Part shown: positions 1 to 11,000 of the stretch, piece by piece
Layout: each line of letters starts with the position of its first letter
How positions within the stretch are numbered: the first letter of the stretch is position 1
NCBI RefSeq assembly: GCF_018977255.1
Contig: NW_024704742.1
Location: forward strand, 12,030,001 to 12,094,000
DNA: 64,000 bases
Direction: 5' to 3'
From: Callorhinchus milii
Taxonomy: Eukaryota
Notes under the pieces: model-generated
Told to the model about the DNA's origin: nothing
The model's database searches: none
Seen by the model: only the letters and a program-made list of their open reading frames with translations
Made by a program: the position numbers and the translations under genes

Positions 1-380
1 CATTTGCCACTTAATTGTGGCAAGTTAAAATGATCTGGCAATAATCCAACATTTAGTTATAACTGTAAATTGGAATTTAGTTGATTTGTAATATCGCATA
101 GGTAATATTTGAGAGTGGATTTGAAGTAAAATCAACAGGAATTACATGTTTTATTTCAAACAGCATTGTGTACCTTGAATATCATTTTGAATCGTGATTT
201 CAAATAGCAATAAATGCTCTTCAGCTGTTAGCCACAGCTGAAGATCTTACTCTTCAACCTGCCTACAGTCACCTCACCCTCTCCACGGCGCGGTGTCAAG
301 CTCTGCCACTGTTAAACACTACAAGTTGCTACCCCGTGTGAAGGGCCCTATTCAAATGCAAATTGTTGTTGTTATTACAC

Positions 381-580
381 CATAGAACCATGCAGCACCA
401 TTTGGCCCACAGTGTTATAGAGCAACCCAATCAGTTCCATTATCTGTTTTTTTCCTGCAAATTACAGTTTTTTTGATATCTATCTCAATGCCTCTTAAAA
501 GTTAATATGGATCTTGCCTCAAGCACCACACCTGGCAGAGCATTCCACATTCCTACAACTCTGTGTGTAGAAATTCCTAA
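381..580 (-). mobile_element. Old CR1 LINE 3' fragment
   Basis: Contains 'caccacacctggcagagcattccacattcctacaactctgtgtg', a diverged match to the CR1 3' ends at 2873-3340 and 24796-25040. Confidence 0.65.
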
Positions 581-1959
581 TGTTCCGTTTTGCTTCTTTG
601 CTAATATAATGGAAACCTGTTCAAACCACTTCATTGGAACACGGGTTCCCTTGTTGAATATTAAGGGTTTGGATCCAGAAGTTTACAAAATATGCAAATT
701 GCTTGAGGTTGCTACATCTCATGCATAAAAAAGGACAAAACGCCAGCTGGCATGGGGAAGCCAAAACAGCTAACTTCTGGGTGATCAGGTCACCACCAAA
801 GCCACTTTTTCCACAATATACAGAATCTAATAAAACCACAATGTTTTGGCAAACGCCATCAGTTAAACATATGGAAAGCAAATTATTAGCAAATAGATAG
901 AAATTGCACGCACAAATACCATTTATTGTACATGTCAAACTCTTTTCCTTTTTCAAAGAAAAAAGTAGACACGATTTGAAGATAACAACAATTTGCATTT
1001 ATATAGCTCCCCTCACACAGGATAGCTTCCCAGAGCACTTTTATGTTGCACAAATCACAAAGAGCTGTGAACATAACCCTTAAAATGGCCACACACATGT
1101 AACGAATGAAAATATTGGTAGCCTTATGAGAGTGCGATCAGTCAACCGAAGGGCAATCCTTTTAGGTGCTGCAACCTTTTCAGCAGAGGAATAAAGCGGG
1201 TACCTTTTAAAGTCATTGACTTGTAAAGGTAAATCAGAATCCAGCCATTTGAGCCAGTTTATATTCTTCAGGTAAAGGAGAGGGGATTGGGAATGGTGGA
1301 GGTTCATGTGGAGTATAATACAAGCACTGACTGGAATGAACAAATGGCCTCTTTTGATGCTATACAGTCTCTGTAATAATAATATAATAATCCTTGCATT
1401 TGATATAGCGCCTGTCTCCAAGCACATCACAGAACATACTGTAAAGTGAATTGATTGTATATTTTGTGGGTATAATCTATTCTATTCTACAGCCCAAAAT
1501 TTTCAAGAGCTACAGCCTATCTTGTGTTTAATATAACCACAATTTGTGGTATATAATCACACGGTACCATTCTATTTGTTCATTTCTGAGGCTGAGTGAT
1601 GGATGCCATGTGTGTCTTTTTGGCCCAATTCTCATCCCTTTTCACAAAAGCAATATTCTGTATTATTTAGAACCAAAACCCCCAAAAAAGGAAGAGCCGC
1701 CCAGGAATGTAACAGTACATGAAGGGCTAATAGATATTGAGGCATGGATTGTCATGAGGGGAAAGTCGAACATGTGCAGAGAATATTCTTATAACTTGCC
1801 ATAAGACTTTATTTTATTTTGTTAAAAACTCAGGCTGAGCTGAATTATTTTTAGAACAAAATATGTCAAAATAGTTTGAAGGAAGGTCTAAGGAACAAAG
1901 CATATTTGAAACATAATATGACACAAGGCAAACAGACACGATGATTTGTGATCCTAGAA

Positions 1960-2190
1960 AAGAACCTACACTTTTTTAGCATCTAAAACATCTCAAGATG
2001 CTTTGCAGTAATTACTATCACACACAGTGATTGTTTTAGGCAAATGTGGCAGACACTTCACACAAATCAAGATCCCAGAACAGCAGTCTGCTGAATGACA
2101 CCAGAAGAAACGCCCTTCTTGAAAAGTGCCAGGAAATGTTCACTGTTTGAACAATTGAACAGTTCCTCTGGTTAACATCTCATCCAAAGA
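1960..2190 (-). mobile_element. Deu-domain SINE fragment
   Basis: Reverse complement resembles the Deu-type core 'tttggatgagatgttaa...ggcact..ttcaagaag' seen at 49730-49840. Confidence 0.6.
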
Positions 2191-2191
2191 C

Positions 2192-2590
2192 GCTGGAAAA
2201 GAGAAGATTGAGAGGCGATATGACAGTTGTCTTTAAGATTCTAAAGGGGTTAGACAATGTAGATCATCATGCCAGGCTGTTCCAATTAGTCCAGAATAGT
2301 AAAACCAGAGGACACGGCCTGCAATTGAAGGGGGGTAAATTCAAAAGAAATCTACGGAAACACTATTTCAGTGAGCTAATAGTGAACCTGTGGAACAGGC
2401 TCCCCAGGGAGACGGTTGAAGGAGGAAGTTTTGATTCCTTCAACACAGAATAGGTAACTTTCTTTTAGAAAATAACATTATGAGATACAGTACATAGGTA
2501 GTTCGGGATACATGTGCATGTGACCGCCAGGAAAGTGAAACGCGAACTAAATGGAACTTGGTCTTTTTTTCGTCTAGAATTTCTTATGTT
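2192..2590 (+). mobile_element. CR1 LINE 3' fragment (ORF2 C-terminus)
   Basis: ORF 2208-2453 has RGDMTVVFKILKG...KTRGHGLQL...YFSELIVNLWNRLP, typical of the CR1 ORF2 C-terminus. Confidence 0.9.
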
Positions 2591-2872
2591 TTTAAAGACA
2601 GCACTTTTGATAATGCAGAAGCACTGCACTGAAACCAAGAGCAATGCTTTTCCAACATGGAGCTTGAACCCACAAAGGTTGTGACACAGATGCGAGATTA
2701 ATACGGGGGTTTCCATTAGAACGTATTGCAGGTAGAGCATCCGTTTGCTTATATCAGGTATTTACTGTGACCCCACACTGTACTGAGTAAGCTGAGGTGA
2801 TAGTTAATGATCTATAATTGACCTTCACTCCCAAGAGAGAAACCTGAGACAGGTTTCTGATCTTGATCACTA

Positions 2873-3720
2873 GAATCATAGAATCATAGAATGTTACGGC
2901 ACAGAAGGAGGCCATTTGGCCCATCGAGACTGTGCTGCCTCTTTGACAGAGCAAGTCACTTTCACTAACCCCAATCACCAGCTTTTTCCCCATAACCCTG
3001 CAAACCCGTCTTCCCCAGATACCTATCCAGTTCTCGCTTAAAAGCAGTTATCGAATCGGACTTCACTGCCCTTTCGGGCAGATCATTCCAAATTATAACA
3101 ACTCGCTGAGTGAAAAAATTTCTTCTAACCTCCCCTCTGCTTCTTTTGGTAGATATCTTAAGACTGTGACCACGAGTCACAGACACACCTACCAGCAGAA
3201 ACAGCTTTTTCCTATCTAGCCTGTCGAAACCTTTCATGATCTTGAAGACCTCTATCAGGTCCCCGAGGAACCTTCTCTGCTCTAATGGGAAAAGTCCTAA
3301 CTTCTCCAGCCTGTCCTCATAGCTAAGCTTTCCCATTCCTGAATCCCCTATCACAACTGTATTGCCCTTGTGAACCATGCCCTTGTCCTATTGGACAGAA
3401 TGTCCACTGCTGTCCTCATGAGAGGCTTTCACACTCACGATAGCTAATGTTGACTACCAATTAGAGACTGGTACTCTGTTGGGGGTGCTCTGCCTTGAAC
3501 AAGCCCTCTTCTTGCCCCGTCGCACTGTCACCCAATCACTTTTAGCATGAATGAAGGAATGAAGTGTGTTGGGCTCCTCTGGGAGTGGTCCTTTTCTTGA
3601 ACTCTGACCTCCCGATAGCTCCAGTATCCCTCTCTCATGGCTCCTATACAGCTATGGGCTGCTATAACTGAGTCCTAAGGGAATGAAGGTCTCCTCCACC
3701 ATGCTGTCCAGGAACCTCTC
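2873..3720 (-). mobile_element. CR1 LINE, internally deleted (ORF1 middle fused to ORF2 C-terminus); 3' part of an element whose 5' part is 8976-9309
   Basis: (ATTCTATG)n tail at 2873-2892; ORF 2965-3378 reads NTVVIGDS|GMGKLSYEDRLEKLG; ERFLDSMV at the 3720 end; close match to 45943-48724. Confidence 0.93.
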
Positions 3721-5646
3721 AGAGAGAGAGAGAGACCCAGAGAGACACACCCAGAGAGACAGACAGACACACCCAGAGAGAGAGCAGAGAGAGAGAGACA
3801 GAGACACACACCCAGAGAGAGAGAGAGAGAGACACACCCAGAGAGAGAGAGAGAGACAGAGACACACACCGAGAGAGACAGAGACACACCCAGAGAGACA
3901 GAGACACACACCCAGAGAGAGAGAGAGAGAGACAGAGACACACACCCAGAGAGAGAGAGAGACAGAGACACACACCCAGAGAGACAGAGACACACACACC
4001 CAGAGAGAGAGAGACAGAGACACACACCCAGAGAGACAGAGACACACACCCAGAGAGAGAGAGAGACAGAGACACACACCCAGAGAGAGAGAGAGACAGA
4101 GACACACACCCAGAGAGACAGAGACACACACCCAGAGAGAGAGAGAGAGACAGAGACACACACCCAGAGAGACAGAGACACACACCCAGAGAGAGAGAGA
4201 CAGAGACACACACCCAGAGAGACAGAGACACACACCCAGAGAGACAGAGACACACACCCAGAGAGACAGAGACACACACCCAGAGAGAGAGAGACAGAGA
4301 CACACACCCAGAGAGAGAGACAGAGACACACACCCAGAGAGACAGAGACACACACCCAGAGAGAGAGAGAGACAGAGACACACACCCAGAGAGACAGAGA
4401 CACACACCCAGAGAGAGAGAGACAGAGACACACACCCAGAGAGACAGAGACACACACCCAGAGAGAGAGAGAGACAGAGACACACACCCAGAGAGAGAGA
4501 CAGAGACACACACCCAGAGAGACAGAGACACACACCCAGAGAGAGAGACAGAGACACACACCCAGAGAGACAGAGACACACACCCAGAGAGAGAGAGACA
4601 GAGACACACACCCAGAGAGACAGAGACACACACCCAGAGAGAGAGAGACAGAGACACACACCCAGAGAGACAGAGACACACACCCAGAGAGAGAGAGAGA
4701 CAGAGACACACACCCAGAGAGACAGAGACACACACCCAGAGAGAGAGAGAGACAGAGACACACACCCAGAGAGACAGAGACACACACCCAGAGAGAGAGA
4801 GACAGAGACACACACCCAGAGAGACAGAGACACACACCCAGAGAGACAGAGACACACACAGAGACAGAGACACACACCCAGAGAGACAGAGACACACCCA
4901 GAGAGACAGAGACACACACCAGAGAGACAGAGACACACACCCAGAGAGAGAGAGACAGAGACACACACCCAGAGAGACAGAGACACACACCCAGAGAGAG
5001 AGACAGAGACACACACCCAGAGAGACAGAGACACACACCCAGAGAGAGAGAGAGACAGAGACACACACCCAGAGAGACAGAGACACACACCCAGAGAGAG
5101 AGAGAGACAGAGAAACACACCCAGAGAGACAGAGACACACACCCAGAGAGAGAGACAGAGACACACACCCAGAGAGGCAGAGACACACACCCAGAGAGAG
5201 AGACAGAGACACACACCCAGAGAGAGAGAGACAGAGACACACACAGAGAGACAGAGACACACACCCAGAGAGTCAGAGACACACACAGAGACAGAGACAC
5301 ACACCCAGAGAGACAGAGACACACCCAGAGAGACAGAGACACACACCCAGAGAGAGAGAGAGACAGAGACACACACCCAGAGAGACAGAGACACACACCC
5401 AGAGAGAGAGAGAGACAGAGACACACACCCAGAGAGACAGAGACACACACCCAGAGAGAGAGAGACAGAGACACACACCCAGAGAGACAGAGACACACAC
5501 CCAGAGAGAGAGAGAGACAGAGACACACACCCAGAGAGACAGAGACACACCCAGAGAGAGAGAGACACACCCAGAGAGAGAGAGAGAGACAGAGACACAC
5601 ACCGAGAAAGACAGAGACACACCCAGAGAGACAGAGACACACACCC

Positions 5647-5677
<31 letters not shown>

Positions 5678-6472
5678 AACACACCCAGAGAGAGAGAGAC
5701 AGAGACAGAGACACACACCCAGAGAGACAGAGACACACACCCAGAGAGAGAGAGAGACAGAGACACACACCCAGAGAGACAGAGACACACACCCAGAGAG
5801 AGAGACAGGGACACACACCCAGAGAGAGAGACAGAGACACACACCCAGAGAGAGAGACAGAGACACACACCCAGAGAGACAGAGACACACACCCAGAGAG
5901 AGAGAGAGAGACAGAGACACACACCCAGAGAGAGAGAGAGACAGAGACACACACCCAGAGAGACAGAGACACACCCAGAGAGACAGAGACACACACCCAG
6001 AGAGAGAGAGACAGAGACACACACCCAGAGAGAGAGAGAGACAGAGACACACACCCAGAGAGACAGAGACACACACCCAGAGAGAGAGAGACAGAGACAC
6101 ACACCCAGAGAGACAGAGACACACACCCAGAGAGAGAGAGAGACAGAGACACACACCCAGAGAGACAGAGACACACACCCAGAGAGAGAGAGAGACAGAG
6201 ACACACACCCAGAGAGACAGAGAGAGAGAGACAGAGACACACACCCAGAGAGACAGAGAGAGAGAGAGACCCAGAGAGACAGAGAGACAGACAGACATAC
6301 ACCCAGAGAGAGAGTCAGAGAGAGAGACAGAGAAACACACCCAGAGAGACACAGAGAGAGAGACAGAGACACACAGAGAGAGAGAGATACAGACAAACAC
6401 AGACAGAGATACAGAGACACACATACACAGACAGAGAGAGAGAGAGATAGACAAACATAGACAGAGACACAG
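3721..6472. repeat. Compound micro/minisatellite, unit about CCC(AG)nAC-AGAGAC(AC)n, ~20-30 bp, ~2.75 kb
   Basis: Directly visible. The + strand is almost T-free, so the long ORFs over it (RERETETHTQ / CVSLSLW) are artefacts. Confidence 0.98.
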
Positions 6473-7139
6473 GGTGTGGCCATTGTATTACTACTAAGTG
6501 GTCAAGGACTCCGTGACACTACCCACCCGAAGAGGGCTGTAGTAATCCAAGTTGTATTAAAAATTACTGTTTAAAAATGGGCAGTGTGTGTGTGTGTGTG
6601 TAATAAAAGTACAGCATTACACCTTTATATTTTTATCACTTAATAATAAATAAATCTCATTGGAATTAACTCATAAATACTTCACTCATAAAGTAAGTGG
6701 TGAGATTGTAACCTTCTCCTTGGTAAAGAGGAGGTCCTCCTGCTCGATGTAGTGCAATTTCAGTGACTGGAAATAATCCCTATTTGCACATCTTTAGCAA
6801 GGAATTATGTTATTAAATATCTCAAATGAGCCCCCCATTATTATTTTGTCTGTATCGGTGCCCAAACTACATGTCAGCTGCATTTGTGCAGTATCTTTTT
6901 TTACACAAAATGAAATGTCAGTTTTGTAAAACAGGAACAGCTGACTGTAGATCTGCTCCCAAGTTCATTATCTTATATTCAAAACGATAAACATATTCTC
7001 CTTTACGTGTAACAATTATCACTGCCATTTGCTTGTCTATTCCCAAAGGGGTTATGCAATTTACATATCTTTTCCAACAAAGTATATCTGATATAATTTG
7101 CAGAATGTCACTGCAATGAGCTTCCAGTCATAAAGCGTT

Positions 7140-7410
7140 CAGATAAAGTGCACCATCCTTCAGATAAGATGTTAAACTGAGGTCCCATCTGCCTATTCAG
7201 ATGGACGTTAAAGATCCCATGGCACTATTCACAGGAGAATGAAGTTTCTCCCAATGTCCCAACCAACAATCCTTCAGTTAATTGGGCATCCACCTTCTGG
7301 CTGTTTGTTGGAGATTGCTCTGAATAAATTGGCTCCTTGATTTGTCTACAAAAATACACAGTCACTACACTTTAGAGAAAACTCTGTGAAGTACTTTGAG
7401 CCATTTCATA
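7140..7410 (+). mobile_element. Deu-domain SINE
   Basis: 'gataagatgttaaactgaggtcccatctgcctattcagatggacgttaaagatcccatggcactattc' matches the Deu core as I recall it for AmnSINE1/SacSINE1-type SINEs. Confidence 0.8.
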
Positions 7411-7694
7411 GGAACTTAGATAAAATCTTCAATGTTATATAACACCTTTCACATGAAGTAACATCCCAGAGCGCCTCACAGTGGTGAAGTCTGACAACGA
7501 GCCAGGGAGAGTCACCACTGCCCTACATGAGAAAACGGTTGAAGGTTTGAATAATAATAATAATCCTTGGATTTGACATAGCACCTTATCACGTTGTTTA
7601 GACGTCTCAAAATGCTTCAAGAATATATTGGAAAGTAGATTGACTGTATATTTTTTGAGCGAAACACGGCAGCCAATTCACAGAACAGTTTCCC

Positions 7695-8122
7695 ATTCAT
7701 GGCCTTGCACCCTCCTACCTCTCCGACCTACTATCCCCCTACGTACCTGCCCATACCCTCCGTTCCTCTGGCTCTGGTCTGCTCCACATCCCCTGCCCCA
7801 ACCGCCCTATCATCGGTGTCCAGGCTTTCAGCCTCTCAGCCCCTAGGCTCTGGAATTCCATCCCCCAGTGCCTTTGCCTTGCTTCCTCCCTTTCCTCCTT
7901 CAAGGCCAGTCTCAAGACCTTTCTCTTCAACCGTGCCTTCAGCTCCCCTCTCGACTCTTTACCCCCTCCTTGCTCCCTCCCTTCCCTCCCCTCCTTGCTC
8001 GCTCCCTTCCCTCACCCTGACCATTGCCCCCTGCTTGGGCCCCGACAGCTGACTGTTCAGCACTTTGGGACGTCCTCCCGACGTGAAAGGCGCTCTATAA
8101 ATGCAATCTTGTTGTTGTTGTT
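7695..8122 (+). mobile_element. L2 LINE 3' end
   Basis: Pyrimidine-rich 3' UTR ending 'gggacgtcctcccgacgtgaaaggcgctctataaatgcaa(ttg)n'. Confidence 0.85.
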
Positions 8123-8284
8123 TAGGTGGTGGTGAGATGGTGATGTGGAGTACAGGATGTGCTGCTATGGAATAGGTTTAGGGAGGATTTAGTTTGTAAA
8201 ACACAGATTAGTCTGTGGTGGAGCAGGCTTGTTAGGACGAATGACCTTCACCTGTCTTGATTTATGTTCCTTTGTATGTAAATG

Positions 8285-8588
8285 TGGAGTCCTGTAGCTC
8301 AGTGGTTGGAGCACTCGCTTTGCAAGTGAGAGACCTGAATTCAATTCCAGACAGGGCGAAACCTTGGGCAAGTTTCCTTACTCCACACGCCTCACAATAA
8401 TCCCTCCAAAACCAAAAACAATAATAAAAATTGGTCATTTTCAATCTATGACTGTTTGTGGGACATTGCTGTGCGCAATTGGCTGCTGCGTTCGCCCACA
8501 AATATACAATCAATTCACTTTACTGTGTGTTCTGTGAAACACTTTGGGACGTCCTCCTGATGTGAAAAGGATTATTATTATCATTATA
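8285..8588 (+). mobile_element. tRNA-derived SINE (young family, L2-type tail)
   Basis: Head 'ggagtcctgtagctcagtggtt' (A box), anticodon-like 'ttgca', B-box-like 'ttcaattcc', (TTA)n tail; many near-identical copies in the window. Confidence 0.93.
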
Positions 8589-8975
8589 TGAAAAATGTAT
8601 GTGGAATAATAGAAGAGAAAATTCTCACAAGACTAAGGAGGCTATTGATTCAGAAACATAACTATTATACAACTTTAAGATATGCAGAGGTTGAAAATAA
8701 TTTTCAACTAATTGTCAACTTTCAAAATAATTTTCAACTTTCAACTTTTTAAATAATTTTCCCCCCTCAATAAATTGCTTTTCCACTTTGAAGCACTTTG
8801 AGATGTCTCAAAGACGTGATAAGGCGCTATATCAAATGCAAGGATTATATATTATACTGGCTGCCCTTATCACGTCACCAAAGGAACTATTCTTCATGCT
8901 TTAGCCTGGGCAATGCGAATTGGCAAGGCCTCATTGAATAATCAAAAGTTTTCTAGAAGAGTGCCGTATAGTGAT

Positions 8976-9309
8976 AGGGGATAGCTGCAAGAGCCTTACT
9001 CGAGCAGAGAGCCCAGAATGAGCTATATCCGGAGTGAGGCGAGGCCAGAGTGAGAAGGAATTGGGTGAGAGTGGGAATTAGGTAAGGAGGGGGAAGTAGG
9101 TGCAGGTTATATATCTAAGGGGAAGTAAGAAGAGATAGATAATGGCCTGGCAGGTGATGTGCGAGGAATGTGCTATGTGGGAGTTGATAGAGGGCAACCT
9201 GAGCCCAGGTGACTTCATCTGCAGCAAATGTCTGCAACTGAGCAAGCTCCAACTTAGAATAGCTGAGCTGGAGTCTCAAGTGCAGACATTGCGCTCCATC
9301 AGGGACAGT
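8976..9309 (+). mobile_element. CR1 LINE 5' UTR and ORF1 N-terminus (CxxC...CxxC plus coiled coil)
   Basis: ORF 9142: MAWQVMCEECAMWEL...FICSKCLQLSKLQLRIAELESQVQTLRSIRDS; same architecture as ORF 28655-28840. Confidence 0.88.
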
Positions 9310-9334
9310 NNNNNNNNNNNNNNNNNNNNNNNNN
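9310..9334. other. Assembly gap (25 N)
   Basis: Run of N. Confidence 1.
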
Positions 9335-10775
9335 TTCCAATTAGTCCAGAATAGTAAAACCAGAGGACACGGCCTGCAATTGAAGGGGGGTAAATTCAAA
9401 AGAAATCTACGGAAACACTATTTCAGTGAGCTAATAGTGAACCTGTGGAACAGGCTCCCCAGGGAGACGGTTGAAGGAGGAAGTTTTGATTCCTTCAACA
9501 CAGAATAGGTAACTTTCTTTTAGAAAATAACATTATGAGATACAGTACATAGGTAGTTCGGGATACATGTGCATGTGACCGCCAGGAAAGTGAAACGCGA
9601 ACTAAATGGAACTTGGTCTTTTTTTCGTCTAGAATTTCTTATGTTTTTAAAGACAGCACTTTTGATAATGCAGAAGCACTGCACTGAAACCAAGAGCAAT
9701 GCTTTTCCAACATGGAGCTTGAACCCACAAAGGTTGTGACACAGATGCGAGATTAATACGGGGGTTTCCATTAGAACGTATTGCAGGTAGAGCATCCGTT
9801 TGCTTATATCAGGTATTTACTGTGACCCCACACTGTACTGAGTAAGCTGAGGTGATAGTTAATGATCTATAATTGACCTTCACTCCCAAGAGAGAAACCT
9901 GAGACAGGTTTCTGATCTTGATCACTAGAATCATAGAATCATAGAATGTTACGGCACAGAAGGAGGCCATTTGGCCCATCGAGACTGTGCTGCCTCTTTG
10001 ACAGAGCAAGTCACTTTCACTAACCCCAATCACCAGCTTTTTCCCCATAACCCTGCAAACCCGTCTTCCCCAGATACCTATCCAGTTCTCGCTTAAAAGC
10101 AGTTATCGAATCGGACTTCACTGCCCTTTCGGGCAGATCATTCCAAATTATAACAACTCGCTGAGTGAAAAAATTTCTTCTAACCTCCCCTCTGCTTCTT
10201 TTGGTAGATATCTTAAGACTGTGACCACGAGTCACAGACACACCTACCAGCAGAAACAGCTTTTTCCTATCTAGCCTGTCGAAACCTTTCATGATCTTGA
10301 AGACCTCTATCAGGTCCCCGAGGAACCTTCTCTGCTCTAATGGGAAAAGTCCTAACTTCTCCAGCCTGTCCTCATAGCTAAGCTTTCCCATTCCTGAATC
10401 CCCTATCACAACTGTATTGCCCTTGTGAACCATGCCCTTGTCCTATTGGACAGAATGTCCACTGCTGTCCTCATGAGAGGCTTTCACACTCACGATAGCT
10501 AATGTTGACTACCAATTAGAGACTGGTACTCTGTTGGGGGTGCTCTGCCTTGAACAAGCCCTCTTCTTGCCCCGTCGCACTGTCACCCAATCACTTTTAG
10601 CATGAATGAAGGAATGAAGTGTGTTGGGCTCCTCTGGGAGTGGTCCTTTTCTTGAACTCTGACCTCCCGATAGCTCCAGTATCCCTCTCTCATGGCTCCT
10701 ATACAGCTATGGGCTGCTATAACTGAGTCCTAAGGGAATGAAGGTCTCCTCCACCATGCTGTCCAGGAACCTCTC
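9335..10775 (+). repeat. Direct duplicate of 2280-3720 (offset 7055)
   Basis: Appears identical by eye; ORF pairs 2465/9520, 2754/9809 and 2965/10020 have identical translations. Confidence 0.97.
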
Positions 10776-11000
10776 CTGTCTCTCTGGGTGTGTGTGTCTC
10801 TGTCTCTCTGGGTGTGTGTCTCTGTCTCTCTCTCTCTCTCTGGGTGTGTGTCTCTGTCTCTCTGGGTGTGTGTCTCTGTCTCTCTCTCTCTCTGGGTGTG
10901 TCTCTCTCTCTCTCTGGGTGTGTGTCTCTCTCTCTCTCTCTCTGGGTGTGTGTCTCTGTCTCTCTGGGTGTTGTCTCTGTACTTTGCTCTGTCTCTCTCC
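10776..11000. repeat. Same satellite as 3721-6472, opposite orientation
   Basis: 'ctgtctctctgggtgtgtgtctctgtc' is the reverse complement of the 3721-6472 unit. Confidence 0.96.

Noticed and set aside
1544..1804. EPKPPKKEEPPRN exon candidate
   Set aside because: Weak donor and low-complexity peptide; not recognisable.
3325..3350. Splicing as the cause of the ORF1-ORF2 fusion
   Set aside because: Using the nearby CA|GTAAGA donor and CCAG|G acceptor would give GATTCAACAGAATGG, not the observed GATTCAGGAATGG.
3652..6483. Five ORFs of 390-940 aa on both strands
   Set aside because: Translations of a stop-free satellite; no domain content.
8285..8360. tRNA-Ala(TGC)-like gene (also near 17650, 21920, 44300, 60270)
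   Set aside because: These are SINE heads attached to a common body and tail, not free tRNA genes.
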